The notes under the pieces: model-generated
What the model was told of the DNA's origin: nothing
The model's database searches: none
The model's input: the letters and a program-made list of their open reading frames with translations, nothing else
Shown: positions 15,701-27,875 of the stretch, in pieces
Layout of the letters: every line of letters starts with the position of its first letter
How positions within the stretch are numbered: the first letter of the stretch is position 1
Made by a program: the position numbers and the translations under genes
Assembly: GCA_051362555.1 (NCBI GenBank)
Contig: CM120641.1
Coordinates: 27,782,401-27,846,400 of the forward strand
DNA length: 64,000 nucleotides
Source: Lingula anatina
Taxonomy: Eukaryota; Animalia; Brachiopoda
Direction: 5' to 3'

Positions 15701-16637
15701 CAGATTTTCATCATGAAATTTTTACTCTCGGTGACCCGCATCAGATTTTTATGGGAGTCAGATTTTCATGTTACACCGGCAAAGTAATCACATTCAAATA
15801 CCGAAACTGCCAAGACTATATGCAGCATGTCAAGTTGTACCTTAGCAGCCATACTGTGTTTGCATGCCTTGGCCAATGAGGCATACACTTTGTTTATACC
15901 AAAAAGCTGGAAAAGTTCCTAGTCAATTGAAATTTTCAGCTAAAAGATCAAGTCTGCAACTACTGATAAAATACTTTTAAATTCCAGTGCTTTTGTAAAT
16001 CAAACTTACATTATTACTGCTTTAGCTGAATTTCTGTAACTGATCATGCTTAGTCAGTTTAGGCAGGATTTTAAAGGGAAATTCAGATTTACATATCCTA
16101 GCTGGGTCAGTCCAATGATTGCACTTTACAGAGAAGCTCACAGAGTTGGACAGACCCAGCTTGTAAGATTCATGAATCTGAATGCAGTCTTAGTGTGGTG
16201 CCACAAACACACAAAAATGCATATTAAGCTTTCAGTATTTACCTCTACAACACCCATACAAACATACATTACAATCTGTTTCTAACCAAAATATTTCTTA
16301 ATCCGAGATGAAGCCTTTTTTCCTGAGATACCGAGATGAAGCTTTTTTCCTGAGATACATGACATTTAACGTCTTTTTTTTTTTGCAATAAATCAAATAA
16401 TGTTTAGGAAGCTATATTTTATGATAAACACACATTAAAAGCAATGAAGGCATTGTATGCAACATATTTCTTCTTCTTTCGATTCATATTATAAATATTT
16501 TCACCAAAAGGACCTACCTGAATGGCCTGGGCTGTCTTTGGAGGGGTATCCGTCCAGCTGGCAAGGTGTAGAACCGTGGCAAACCATAGCAGCACTATCA
16601 CTAGGAGCAGAATGCGCGCCCTGTTAGGTTTGATCAT
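768..16637 (-). CDS. MGAT5: Alpha-1,6-mannosylglycoprotein 6-beta-N-acetylglucosaminyltransferase (GnT-V), 13 coding exons in window, 3' end beyond left edge
   Basis: Phase-consistent GT-AG exons: 16518-16637 (MIKPNRARILLLVIVLLWFATVLHL, type II signal anchor), 15390-15489, 14597-14761 (DLKKTLAVLL), 10030-10112, 9626-9715 (CYSNLGVDGSVCSFIIYLSE), 9134-9208 (VENWCP), 8695-8865, 6993-7059, 6557-6659 (GGPLGELLQWSD), 5780-5914, 2668-2801 (LRVIDSFGTEP), 2124-2251 (HTPDNSFIGFVVE), 1313-1477, 768-914 (FVGLGFPYEGPAPLEAIA...GKPTLRE). These are 14 intervals counting the ATG-bearing exon (13 after it). The motifs match vertebrate MGAT5 as I recall it. Confidence 0.96.
965..1001. repeat. (TG)n microsatellite with degenerate TG-rich extension to ~1125
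   Basis: Direct reading of sequence. Confidence 0.95.
2376..2422. repeat. (TA)n microsatellite
   Basis: Direct reading of sequence. Confidence 0.95.
5999..6070. repeat. Two-copy ~36-bp tandem duplication in MGAT5 intron
   Basis: ACAAGCGACGAAAAAGAAAGTCATAATACATCATGT occurs twice head to tail. Confidence 0.9.
6706..6750. repeat. (AAAT)n microsatellite
   Basis: Direct reading of sequence. Confidence 0.9.
7190..8560 (-). mobile_element. Degenerate CR1/L2-group LINE fragment (APE endonuclease + reverse transcriptase) in MGAT5 intron
   Basis: ORF 8139-8468 has GDFNAH...PTR...CIDL endonuclease motifs. ORF 7726-7941 has SYLQNRKVRV...IPQGSTLCPLPFLLYINDL RT motifs, preceded by FFDISVAFDRV. There are frameshifts, an internal deletion between the domains and a ~125-bp tandem duplication near 7330-7570. 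Confidence 0.9.
10609..10777. mobile_element. hAT-like MITE (CAGGCC...GGCCTG TIRs), same family as 24877-25044
   Basis: Terminal inverted repeats CAGGCCTGTTGCCAG / CTGGCTACAGGCCTG; 169 bp; TSD degraded. Confidence 0.75.
11208..11494. mobile_element. Degenerate palindromic (fold-back) MITE
   Basis: AATATGGC..CCCTAC..AAAGCAA..TAATCCCTTAATGGTCTCCC mirrored by GGGAGACCATTAAAGGATTA..TTGCTTT..GTAGGG..GCCATATT. Confidence 0.7.
11940..12196. mobile_element. PIF/Harbinger (Tourist-like) MITE, near-perfect 257-bp palindrome
   Basis: TIR GGCTTCGTTCACATGCAATGTCTATTTTCTAA; TTA target duplication at 11937-11939 and 12197-12199. Confidence 0.88.
12648..13002. mobile_element. Kolobok-like MITE with TTAA ends
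   Basis: TTAAAGGTAAAGTA ... TACTTTACCTTTAA inverted termini. Confidence 0.65.
13471..13638. mobile_element. hAT-like MITE with 5-bp TSD
   Basis: TIR CAGGGGCGGAT / ATCCGCCCCTG; ACTAA duplicated on both flanks; 168 bp. Confidence 0.85.
15502..15780. mobile_element. Unclassified MITE with internal sub-repeats
   Basis: CATGAAAATCTGACTCCC mirrored by GGGAGTCAGATTTTCATG; ends GCCAGAGTA / TTACACCGGC; repeated AAATTTTGACTCCC units. Confidence 0.7.
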
Positions 16638-17976
16638 GATGGAGGACACAGTGGAGAAACTGCCTGCTACCAGCCAGGAACAAATCTGCGAAAAAACATA
16701 AAATTGAATCTCGATCTCTTGGTCTAATGGCATGCTGGTAGAGCATTAATGCCCCCACAAAATAAAAAATTAAAATGAAAACCAAAAAAAAAAAAAGAAT
16801 TGTGACGTTCAGAAATACAATATTCATAGATCCACAAAAGCACAGAAAACATAGAACCTCTGACTCTCATTAGTTTTTACTAAAAGCAAAGACCAAAGCT
16901 ATACTGGTGAAGAGTTTGGGGAAATAAAATTACAACTCTCTTCAATTACTAAGAGTCAAAGGACCAAATTTTCACTGACTACATCCTCAAGTATTAATTC
17001 CCGTTAGAAATTTCTGGATAAAAAGTAAGTTCTACTCTTAAAGTGTATATGTTGCTTCAACTACTCCCGTTCTAATGAAACTAATGTAAATACCCATGAG
17101 GGCTGTCTGGAGAAAATTAATGCTCTTCTGAAAACTTTCGACAGTCTACTAAAAAGAACCAAAGCTCAAAATGCACACAAACAGACATTCACACATCGCT
17201 ATACTGTTCTTCTCACTTTTAATAGATATTGGGTAAATTTGTACTGTGAGGTTCTTCATGAATGTGCTACAAACAATTCTGAGATAAGGAAACAGCTCAA
17301 TATGTTTTAAAAGCCTGCTTTTCCTACAATCGGAGGAATTCCAAAAATTACCAGTTTACTTGCAGCAAATTGGTTTTGATTTTTAATCCTCAATGTTTGA
17401 TCATCACAACGCCTGGCACTTCCTGTCACATATATCTAATTATAAAAGTAATCCTTACAACCTAAGCATTAGGAGTTGTAATCATGATAACTTTCACATT
17501 AACAACATTTTGCTAAATCCAAAATTGTAACATTCATGTATTGGCATTAAAAAAACTGATGATAAATGGTGAACACTAGATTGGTAAATTAGGTTCATTC
17601 TCTTATTTTTTTAATTAAAAAAATTAAGGATATCAGCAAGGAAGCATTTTTCAGATATATCTGTCAGTGCTGTCTTCAAGTAAATGTTTATGCTTTTTCA
17701 AAATGTTGGAAGACAAGTTATTTTCATCACCTTTAATGATTACAACTTTGATGTGCAGATTATTAAAAGCAATAGCTAGAATACAGTAACCCTCATTTTC
17801 GCCATAAATAGTCAAGTATAATCATCAAACCAAGCAAATTATTCTACCTTTGCAATACATGCAAGATTATAGGAACTTTTTCAACAAATAGCAAACTTTT
17901 CAATTGGAAAAACCACCTTATTCTACAACACTAGTCATTACATAACAATACCATTTGTTAAAACTTCAAACCTTAC

Positions 17977-18031
17977 CTGAGATTCTGCATTTGCATCTTG
18001 CTCAAATCATTTTGGCTGCTTCACTGTCAAC
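17977..18031 (-). other. Candidate non-coding 5' UTR exon of MGAT5
   Basis: Flanked on minus strand by ctccag acceptor and CAG/gtaagg donor; lies between the putative first exon and the ATG exon (acceptor at 16686). Confidence 0.45.
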
Positions 18032-18112
18032 CTGGAGTTAAAGAAAAATATCTTTCAAAATTCATGTTTCCAAAACAAAACCATGAGCACCCTACATACA
18101 TAGTTTTTTTTT

Positions 18113-18144
<32 letters not shown>

Positions 18145-18284
18145 TTTTTTTTTTTTTGTTAATGGTTACATCAGCATACATTTAATTTTTGCATTTATCT
18201 ATTTTGTCCCCTATCAGTATTTTAACCTTTGGCTAAAAAAGTACTAATACCAGTCTGAGTTCATTCTAAATATATTACGCCAAT

Positions 18285-18483
18285 ATCCTCTTATCTCTGA
18301 TCAGCTCCTTCCTACCCACTGCCACAAGATCTGGAAAGGGGTCATCCATACCTCTCAGAAAATTCCCATCTCTGTTTACAAATCAAAATGGTTGCTATGG
18401 TCTCGCTGAGAAAAATTACAATGGAGATGGGCCCATTTCCAGATTCTCAGTCAGAGGGACTTTGGGGATGCAGATAAGAGGAT
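18285..18483. mobile_element. Degenerate MITE
   Basis: ATCCTCTTATCT ... AGATAAGAGGAT and ATCTGGAAAGGGG ... CCCATTTCCAGAT inverted pairs. Confidence 0.55.
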
Positions 18484-20277
18484 CCAGATTAACAAGAGCC
18501 TAGTTGCATGCACATATATACCAGTACATACGTATACAATTTTCCTGCAAATTATCATCCTCAACAATCGATCAATCAAAGGCAAAAAAAAAAAAATCTT
18601 CTTAAAACAGAGTACCACAGTATAAATATATCATAAAGTACATCCATATGCACTATCATTTATCACAAGTCCCAGACTCAAGTCCCACATGGGCATGAAT
18701 GGGTCTATTCTATTATGTACACTGTACTTAGACTCTTACCAATAAGCAACTTATAACTGTGACATTCAATATCACTATATAGTATTGAATAATATGTCAG
18801 TATCAACACTTGGATGAATTTCTAAAGAAAATAAATTGATAAATATAAATACCCCCTCACCTCTTTCTCTCTCTCTGTTGATATTAATATCTTTATGTTA
18901 TTGAAAAGAACACTAATTTCTTTACAGAGTGAACATCCTCAATTCAAGGAATAACGATAATGAAACTGACGCAAAAGCTCCAGCTCAACTAAAATAAACA
19001 CTACCATAAGTTAAGTATCAATGTTCTCATATTCTGTATTACCATAGAAAATGGAAAATATACCATGAGGTCATTTAAACTGGGAATATTGCTCCCCTCT
19101 TAAAACATGTACTAGTACATACATCACTACTTACAAATGGAATTTTCTTCCACAGAACTCTGAACACAATATTATGCATATATATACACCTGGCTGCAGG
19201 CATTAAAAGTTAATCTCATCAGATAAAGTATAAGCCTGTCAACAAACCAATATGCCATTTATCCCTCAGGACCATCCAGCTCAAAAACAGCAGGAAAAAC
19301 ATCATACGGCTGTATATTTTTATCCATTACAACATTTCATACCAACCTATCACACTGCACTATCTAAATACAAAACACATTATACGAGGGATGCAGATAA
19401 TTTCTCTGCCCACTTGCAAATATATGCTAATGTAATTCTGGTCTACATGACACTTTGACAGACCCACTGACCAAATTTAACCTATATATTGTTTTAGATT
19501 CAATAGCAGGCCTGGACTCATTTCCTTGCCTAACTTGACAAACATTGAAAAGGGCTTCGGTATCCTGTTATACAAATGTTTCCCAAGTTATTTCAACATT
19601 CATATCTTATATATCAATAAAGTTTTATTTAATATTTAAACTAAAATAAACAATAAGAAGTACCATAAGAATATGCCTTGACGTCACAAGCATTTTTTTT
19701 TTACAATATTACTTTTAAAACCAGTCAATTGATTTTTAGCTTGTCACCCAATTAAAAGGCTCTACATACTCTTATAATGTAGAAAGTTAACCTTAATCAA
19801 TAAAGAATAATAACCAGGGCAAAAAGCTTCCCATTGCCACCTCAACAACAATATTGACACTTTTCCTTGGTTCATATGCCACCATCAGACTTAAAACATC
19901 CATACCACATGTGGCTGCATAAAAGCAATACAAAAATACAATATAAGCATATGAAACATGTTCAATTGATTTACAGTAAATTGATATTCCAAATGGGCAT
20001 TGCATTTAAATAGGGTTTTCTCTTTTGAGGTACCATCAGATTAAATCTAACTGAAACTTTGACATAACATCTCTGATGATGATGACGATTCTCAAACAAA
20101 GACCTTCTAAAAAACCAGAGAAGAATAAAGTTAATATGCAATGTTGCCAATTATCAACACTATGTGAAACAATTCACATCAAAATTTGAAATGCCAGAAA
20201 GATACCACAGGTACAAATGAGTTCATAAAAATTCATGCATCAGCATTCCAACTTATGGGATCAAGTACTATATTAAG

Positions 20278-20443
20278 CAGAGGCGTAACCAGACCTTTAA
20301 AAATTGTACGCACAGATTTTGAAAATTCCCAGGTACGATTATATTCCTTGAAAAATACACTAAATTAATGGAGAATAATATCATGGTTGGCTCAAAAAAT
20401 TGTACGCACAGTGCATCCGTGCGTATGCCTGGTTACGCCCCTG
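20278..20443. mobile_element. hAT-like MITE with 5-bp TSD
   Basis: TIR CAGAGGCGTAACCAG / CTGGTTACGCCCCTG; TTAAG duplicated on both flanks; 166 bp. Confidence 0.85.
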
Positions 20444-21789
20444 TTAAGTACAAGTACTAATGTAGTATATATGTCCTAACAAATTAAAGAAAGATATAGG
20501 GATACTAGTAACTTTATAATAGGGAGTTCAGCTAGCAAATCAGCTAAGTTTCCTGGTTTTCAAAATTGTTGCTTGCCTCTCAAGTTGCACACTGCTGAAA
20601 AGTCTACCAGTTCTGTCATCCACCGCAAAGTGAAGAAGGTAAGATTCAGCACATTTCTGTTGTTTGGGAATCCATTGCACTGAAGACTGCTTTAATTTGT
20701 CATTAACCGAATGTGTGAATTACACTAACAGTGACCTACACTAATATCTTTCTAGCACTAGCACATGTGGTACAAATGAAACAATGTAAATAGGCGTGCT
20801 AACACACAAATTTCCATGCTAGTGCAAATGACATTTGATTTGATTTCACTCATCACCTGGTTCACAAGAGAGAAGGTGCTATTATGACTGTCTTCATTTA
20901 AGCCTCTGCAGGTGTGTTTGACAGTAAATGTGTTTACGAAACTGGAATATTATCCCCACCAACCTGAATCTATAGCTGAATCTTCGCTTTTCAGCAACAA
21001 GTGGTATCAAGCTTATTACCTCTGGTAAAACTTTCGTTTGCACGCTAGTACATGTACATGTTCAATTTTGCTTCACATTCCACTACAATAGTGTACAAAA
21101 AAGAAGAGGTAGCAGAAACATATTATTTTAAACCATAACCATACATAATAGTACTTATAGTAAGATCAAATAAGTTGTAAACATACAATGTGAAGTAAAG
21201 GTTTGCATACACATGCTAGCATGCTGTTTTGCCTTGGCACTTGAAGAGGTAGAGATCGGGTTTATCTAGATCATGTCTGCTTATTGGTCCCCCTTATCTG
21301 CTTAGTTTGAAATAATGGTATTTATGGTCAAAATTCACTCCACAGAAGTGGTAAACAAATATCCATTAATGGCCAAACAATACAAGAATGATATAATAAA
21401 GTAAAATAAAACTGGTGACGGCAATGTTATTGGTAGTAAAAACCCTTTGAAGGGGAGAGGCAAGGTTGACCCAAAGAATTACCCTTCAACAGAGGTAAAA
21501 TATTATGATTACAAAAGATCCAAGTTACAAAAATATATTGAATATTGTGAGACAGTCAATAGAAGAGACATTTGATACAACAATTAAAATCCTGTATGCA
21601 GTATCTACACATAACACAATGGTGGTTGATTCAGATTAGTAGGACATATTTATTTTGCGGATTCCATACTAAAATCTGGGTCACTCAGATATAAACAAAT
21701 GAAGGCATAATGCTATACAGTAAATGGATGTATGTGTAGCTCTATATATACGGTATACTACTAGTAGCAAAAAAAAAATGAATGTGTTT

Positions 21790-22266
21790 GCAGTTCCTAT
21801 TTTTCAGTTTCTGGTGTGTACTGGATGTGCTAACGCATGAAACCAAAGGCTGAAAAGAGTGTAAAATGAAAGCCAACAAGTTTTATCGTGGATAGAGTCA
21901 TGTGTAAGGCAAGATTTATTTGCTATACAAGTAAGACCACCGTGAAATCAAGTACACGCAAAATAAAACAAAAAAAGGACTTCTGAATGATCCACGTAGG
22001 TCAAATAATGACCAGTCTGTGCCGTAAACTTTTTAGCTTACTGGTCATTCTGACCACCAGTTTCCTAAAATCTACTTGTATGAATCAGGATTCACTGGTC
22101 CAAATATTAGCTTTACAGGTGTGTGCGATAGATGTTAGGTTGTATAAAAATGTGAGAGCTCCCTAACCACGGTGGATGCACAAACTGGTAATCATTTTAC
22201 AACTTTTTAGATATTTGCTTTCATGTCAGTACAGCCAGTACATATCTGAAACCGAAAATAGGAGTG
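21790..22266. mobile_element. Old inverted-repeat element (MITE-like)
   Basis: TCCTATTTTTCAGTTTCTGGTGTGTACTGG...TGTAAAATGA (21794-21869) mirrored by TCATTTTACA...CCAGTACATATCTGAAACCGAAAATAGGA (22192-22263). Confidence 0.6.
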
Positions 22267-22827
22267 CTAACGCGTGAATTTCGTGCTATACGGTATCCCT
22301 GTATAACAGATTCAGAAGTTTATTGACAATCGCCCTACATCCGGGCATGATCAAATACAAATACAAGAAGTAATCCGCAGAGTGATTACCATATACAGTT
22401 TGATATACCTTATATAATGTCTAGACTAAAGCAGGGAAAGTACAAGTACTACTCAATAAAGATCAATAATAGGGATAACAAAACAAAAAAAAACAAACAT
22501 ATTATCCTTCACAGCCTCCGATCCACTGAAAACAAACTGCGTAGCCTGATAGCACCATTACACACACTTACAGGTGTTAGTTTCCCTGAGCTACAAAATA
22601 TATCGATCACGAAGTTGGTGGGGGTGCGAGCATCAGGCGAACTGAGTTCAGGTCATCGTCAGGTGAGCGTGAAGACCCTTTTACTGCAACTGCCCCCAAG
22701 GCGATCCAGATACTGTACATGTGAGACTGTATGATGTTTTAAATATAATAAAATACAAGTTAGTGTAAGGAGTTGATGTTATGGGGCTATGTAGGATTTT
22801 AAAAATCTAGAAATTTGCAATATTTAC

Positions 22828-22940
22828 CTTGCAACTACCGTTTTCTCAAGGTACTTCCGCCATCTTGTTGGTGTTGTAACCATGTAGGTGTTCCCAAAAG
22901 ATCTCAACTAACACAATGGATCACAATGCGTAGGCGCATC
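22828..22940 (-). promoter_or_regulatory. Putative MGAT5 promoter and first non-coding exon
   Basis: Minus strand CAAGATGGCGGAAGT (YY1/TISU-like overlapping ETS-like CGGAAGT) at ~22853-22867, followed by AAG/gtaaat donor at 22827; NRF1-like TGCGTAGGCGCA at ~22927-22938. Confidence 0.55.
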
Positions 22941-24876
22941 TGACTCTGAGCCTTCCTAGTTTCAAACTCCGTTCACTACTGTCGTTTCATCTTGAATTTG
23001 TTCACAGTAAGGAATATTGTAACTAGATTAGGCAATGGTCCTTATTTGGCATTAAATTGTGCCGCTACTGCCAGAAGTCGATGTGCATTTTACGAAAGAA
23101 AATCCTGACAATCCAAGATACCTTTTGAATTAGACAAAGCAATGGACAAGAGCTAGAATATTCAAAGATTCCTTAAAATTATACCAAAGAAAAATAAATC
23201 ACTTTTTATGAAAAACAAAAATCTCACTGATAATAATTTCAATTTGAAGTGATCGATTCAAGAGAAAATTCCAAAAAATTGTTTCAAATATTTATTCACA
23301 ATTAAGTTTATACACTGTATGCACTATGATAATGTAATGCTAAAAGTAACACTGACAATTCACCAAGTATTCAAATTTATAAACAACTCCAGAAATACAA
23401 ACATTTAAAAAGTTTCCCTTGAATATAAAAAATGGCAGTTTTTATTAAGTAGATTTACATTGTTGTATAAGGAGTACATGTAAGTACTGGTATATAAACA
23501 TGCAGATCAAATGATTGCCAAATGCTAAGCTATTAAAGCCTCAAGTAAATAACATCCAAATGCATAAGTCTGTAACTAAAGACTCCAAAAAAAGCTTCTT
23601 CTAGTTTCAACTGCCAGAGGACTAATCTCTTAATTAAAAAAGTTAATGCTAGAAACGTACGTTATAAAATTATCATATAGTAGACACAAAAGCTGAAATA
23701 TATGACTGCACCTAATTTTTATCTTCATTTTCTTTTTGTCTGTCATATATGTAAGTCCGGACCACATCTAAGTAAAATAATCAAATAATCTAACTGATAA
23801 TCTAAAGATGATAATCTACTGTTACATTCAGTTCAATATTTAAATGTCTCTACTCATTTCTTATAACATGCTACATATCCAGTTTCTATTCATTGCACAC
23901 ATTAATTATTTATGATGTCACATTCATCCTGGACCACAGCATCAGTGATGCTTTTGTATTGTATTTGCCTTTATGTTACAGCTGAAACTGCCTCCAATAA
24001 AACTTACATAATCTCAATAAATTGACCAAAAGGGACATCACCTCTTCATATGAAATCCATTTTTCACAATAATACACTATGAGAAATGTAATAAATTCTA
24101 TTTTATCACCAAAACAGCAGTTATCACAATTATTCTAGAATCTGTGCTGGCCATTGGACTATGTGACCTCTACAGATGGCTACCAAAAAAAATTTTTTTA
24201 GAAAAGAACCAGGAACTAACTTTGAATGTTGGAACGGATTCATTAACCTTTGGCAAGTAAGGGAAAATTGTCCTTTATCCCAAGAAAATCCCCTTTTTTG
24301 GCCAAAATGAACAGATGTTATCCCTTTAGGTACACATGGATATTATAATTATCCACCACTTGCTGAAAAAAATTACCCAAAAGTACTACAACTGAAATGA
24401 TCATTGAATGCTTGAAAAATCAGCATACATAAACATCCACAAATTTAAAATATTTCATTATGCTTTACATCAAATGCTTGACATATTCTCCTTTGGCTTA
24501 GGAAGAAACTACAACATAAGCTATCACATAAAACATGACAGGCTGGTCCCAACATTATAAAAGATCTCTTTCATCATGTGTAATAAATTTACCATTTTTA
24601 TATAATGGATTCTTTATATAACTCATCATAACTTATTCCCCATAATTATCAACATGTGTTGAAAATCATCAAATGTCAATTGTTCTTGTAAAATAGAAAC
24701 AACACAACAGGTTAAACACAGAATAAAGGAACACTACATTTGATATTCTGAAACATTATAGTCTTGCAAATGTTTTTTCAACATTACAAAAATAAAGTTG
24801 ACCAACCAAAATGAAGACCAATGCCATTAAATCTGCATGTTTCTAATGAATCTTGTTCAGCAAGGATGAAATATCC

Positions 24877-25044
24877 CAGGCCCGTAGCCAGGGGGGGTTC
24901 GGGGGGTTAGAAAGAACCGCCCCTTTTCCTGGGAAAAGGTCCACTCTGGGTAAAATTTGATCTAGGTACATGATGTTTATATGGAAAAAGGTCCACTTTT
25001 TCAGAAAACGAACCCCCCTTTTGAAATTGCTGGCTACGGGCCTG
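24877..25044. mobile_element. hAT-like MITE with 5-bp TSD, in probable MZB1-like 3' UTR
   Basis: TIR CAGGCCCGTAGCCAG / CTGGCTACGGGCCTG; TATCC duplicated on both flanks; 168 bp. Confidence 0.88.
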
Positions 25045-25182
25045 TATCCCAATGTATCAAAATGTATAAATCATGTAAGAATATAATCAGTAATCTCATT
25101 ACATTAAATTTGCCAGACATGGAATGTAATTTCTACTTTTCACATTAATGATAAACAGTGTTTGTCTAGAGAGAGAAAAATC

Positions 25183-26965
25183 TCATAGCTCATCTTTTGT
25201 GTCTGCTTGGTTTGTGTGAATTGTCTTTTCTTCTTTCTGTTTCTCTTTTTCAGCATTTTTCTTGTTTTTTGCTGCTGCCATCTTGTTTTCAGCCTCTCTC
25301 TTTAAGTTTTCTGATTCTTTAGCCCTGGATTTATTGTCTCTATCCTTTTTTTGTGGTCTGTCATCTTCCTCCTTTTTCTTTGGAACCACTTTCTTAGTTT
25401 TAATTTTGCAATAACCTCTGATGCCTTTTCCATGGCACAAGTAATTTTCGATATCACTTTTTTTCTTCCACCTATCATATAATTCATCTTCCCCGAGTTC
25501 TCCAACATAAGCTGAGCACATTTCACGCATTCTAGAAATAAAAAAGGAAAAATATGACACAATAAAATGTATTCTCAATTTTATTAATTAATTCCTACGA
25601 CCTGCCACTGAAATCTTCCTTCTTTTATATGTGAAAATTTTATAAAGATGCTGAATTCTGTATAAAACATTCATTAAAAAGAAAATTATATATAAGACTT
25701 TTCTTTTTTTTTTTTACCCCTGTTAAATATGCTCTTCACCCATGGCCATGTACACAAACCAAACCCTTCTCATTTTCCATCTACTTAATAAATAATCATA
25801 ACCAAAAAAGCAATCAGGGAGCTCAGAGAACAGGTCTTTGTCAGGGTAGCTCAATTCTCATAAATAATGGATTACCACCTAAATCTAATCAATTCTAAGT
25901 TAGCCCATTTCTGATTTCTGAAAATTCAGTTTTTGGAGAACCACAGAAATTACCACTCTTTATGTAAGTCAAGTAACTAAACATGGTGCACCACTAGGAC
26001 AATAGCAAGCATGGTGATGAGAAAGAAAATGGTCTCAGGCATATAATATAACAATTAATGCTTGCTCTCTTTTTGGAAAATAGTGGACTTGTAGTCCCTC
26101 TGCTCATGACTTTTCACATGATCCTGCGGCAAGCTGAAGTGGAGGGAGGGGGCAACTAATAGAAGTGAATATAATCCCTCATGGGTAATAAATCCACTAA
26201 AATGCATTTCTTGTAAAATACACTTATTTGACAAACGTTAAAAACATTCAATACACCCATCAAAATACTTATTATAGATTATTCAGATGACCAAAACAAA
26301 AATTCACATTTTTTTTATATGCAAAAAAAAAAAAAAAAAAAAAAAAAACTGTGTGATCAAAAAAGTCATTCTAATAGAAACAAATATTAAGTCAGTGTTT
26401 ACTCTGCCATCACACTTTCACCAAATCACCACACCACATTTGACTTCACAATATTATAAAAAAAGTACAGAACTCTACCTTCCAGGCCACCTTCCTCCTC
26501 CTTGCATCACACCAGGAGCATCTGCTGTCTCAAATCCTGGGGCTGACATGCGTCGTACACCATTGATTTCTTTGACACCTACACTGAAAGTTCAACATAT
26601 AAAATTCAATTTTGGTTTAAAAAGACTGTCATTTTGTGTGTGTGTATGTGTGTGTGTGTTTGTGTGTGTGTGTGTGCATGCACGTGCGTGCACACGCATG
26701 CTTTAAAACTAAAGCATGTATGACAACAGCTTTGAATTGAAAAGCTAAGATTATATTGAGATTACATGGCATTAGTGTAAAAATTGTTATAAACATAATG
26801 AAAATACAACCAAAATACATTTAATAATGAATTTGAAGAAAGTTGACATGTCTGATCATTGCAACTAATATTAAAATAGACAAAATGCCACCAATGGTTT
26901 CAAACAGCACAACTAAAAACAATTGGTAGGGGTGATTTATATGCATTACAGGGAGTATTCCATGC

Positions 26966-26999
<34 letters not shown>

Positions 27000-27875
27000 T
27001 GCAACAAATGTTGCACAACTATATATTGAATTATTACCTGAAGCTAGGTAAGGTGAATCGTCAAACCACATTAATCAAATCTTGTTCTACTAACAATGTG
27101 CTTCATAATCCATTACAATCCAATCAATTTACAAAAAAATTACATTACACAGAAAAGACGCAAGCAGAAGAGATTTTTTAAATACAGATTAAGGAAGTAA
27201 CTGCTACTAGTGGTGTGATAATATTTACAGCATTTTGTTTTAAATTGTTTCCCATTACTTACTTCTCAAAGGGGTCAGTGCAAATCTGGTCAACTATGTC
27301 GATAACATCAGATTCTGGAAGGCTTCCCCCTTTCTTTAAGGATTTTCTATTTTTGTGTTCCTTATCAAACCTCTCGTTGAACTAAAAGTAAAAGTGACCT
27401 TATCTACAAAAACGCCTACATGTACATGTACGTAGTGCAATATCAAGTTAAATAAAAGAATGGATTTACATCCATAATACTATATTAGTAGGAAGTGATT
27501 CCAAAGACCCAAGAAGCCAATTAACCATAAAAAAAAACAAAAAAATCCTCGATATGAATCATTGTTTGCTTGGGAACATATGAAGCTGATCTTTTAAATG
27601 AGAGAGAGAAGGGAGGGGAGAGACGTGCTAATTTTTAATTTTTTAGGGTCTTTGATTAAAACTACACCACCTACTTTTGCTGCTATGATTCTACAAGCAT
27701 CACACTTCAAATCCGCCGGCATAAAAGGGCTGTAGGTGTCTTCGTCGTCCAGTGTCGGGGTCTCAAAACTGATGCTTCCTCCCTCCATGTTCCCGTCCAT
27801 TTTCGCACCCATTGCCAAAACAGCGGGTGTCCACAGGCCAAGGAAGCAGACGAAGCAAGCAAAAAAGAGCTCCAT
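25183..27875 (-). CDS. MZB1: MZB1/pERp1-like ER-resident saposin-fold (canopy family) protein, 4 exons, 257 aa, C-terminal KDEL
   Basis: Exons 27675-27875, 27263-27381, 26479-26583, 25183-25531, phase consistent. Signal peptide; PTLDDEDTYSPFMPADLKCDACR (CxxC), GVKEINGVRRMSAPG, GGRWPGRM..MC..YVGELGEDELY, six cysteines, terminal TKDEL. Matches my recollection of human MZB1 (PQLDDEEMYSAHMPAHLRCDACR...GGPWPTRL..TC..YLGEFGEDQIY...REEL). Confidence 0.92.

Noticed and set aside
22610-22710. GC-rich segment with CTGACGA on the minus strand as a ribozyme
   Set aside because: No GAAA core or consistent three-stem architecture; more likely promoter-proximal CpG-rich intron sequence.
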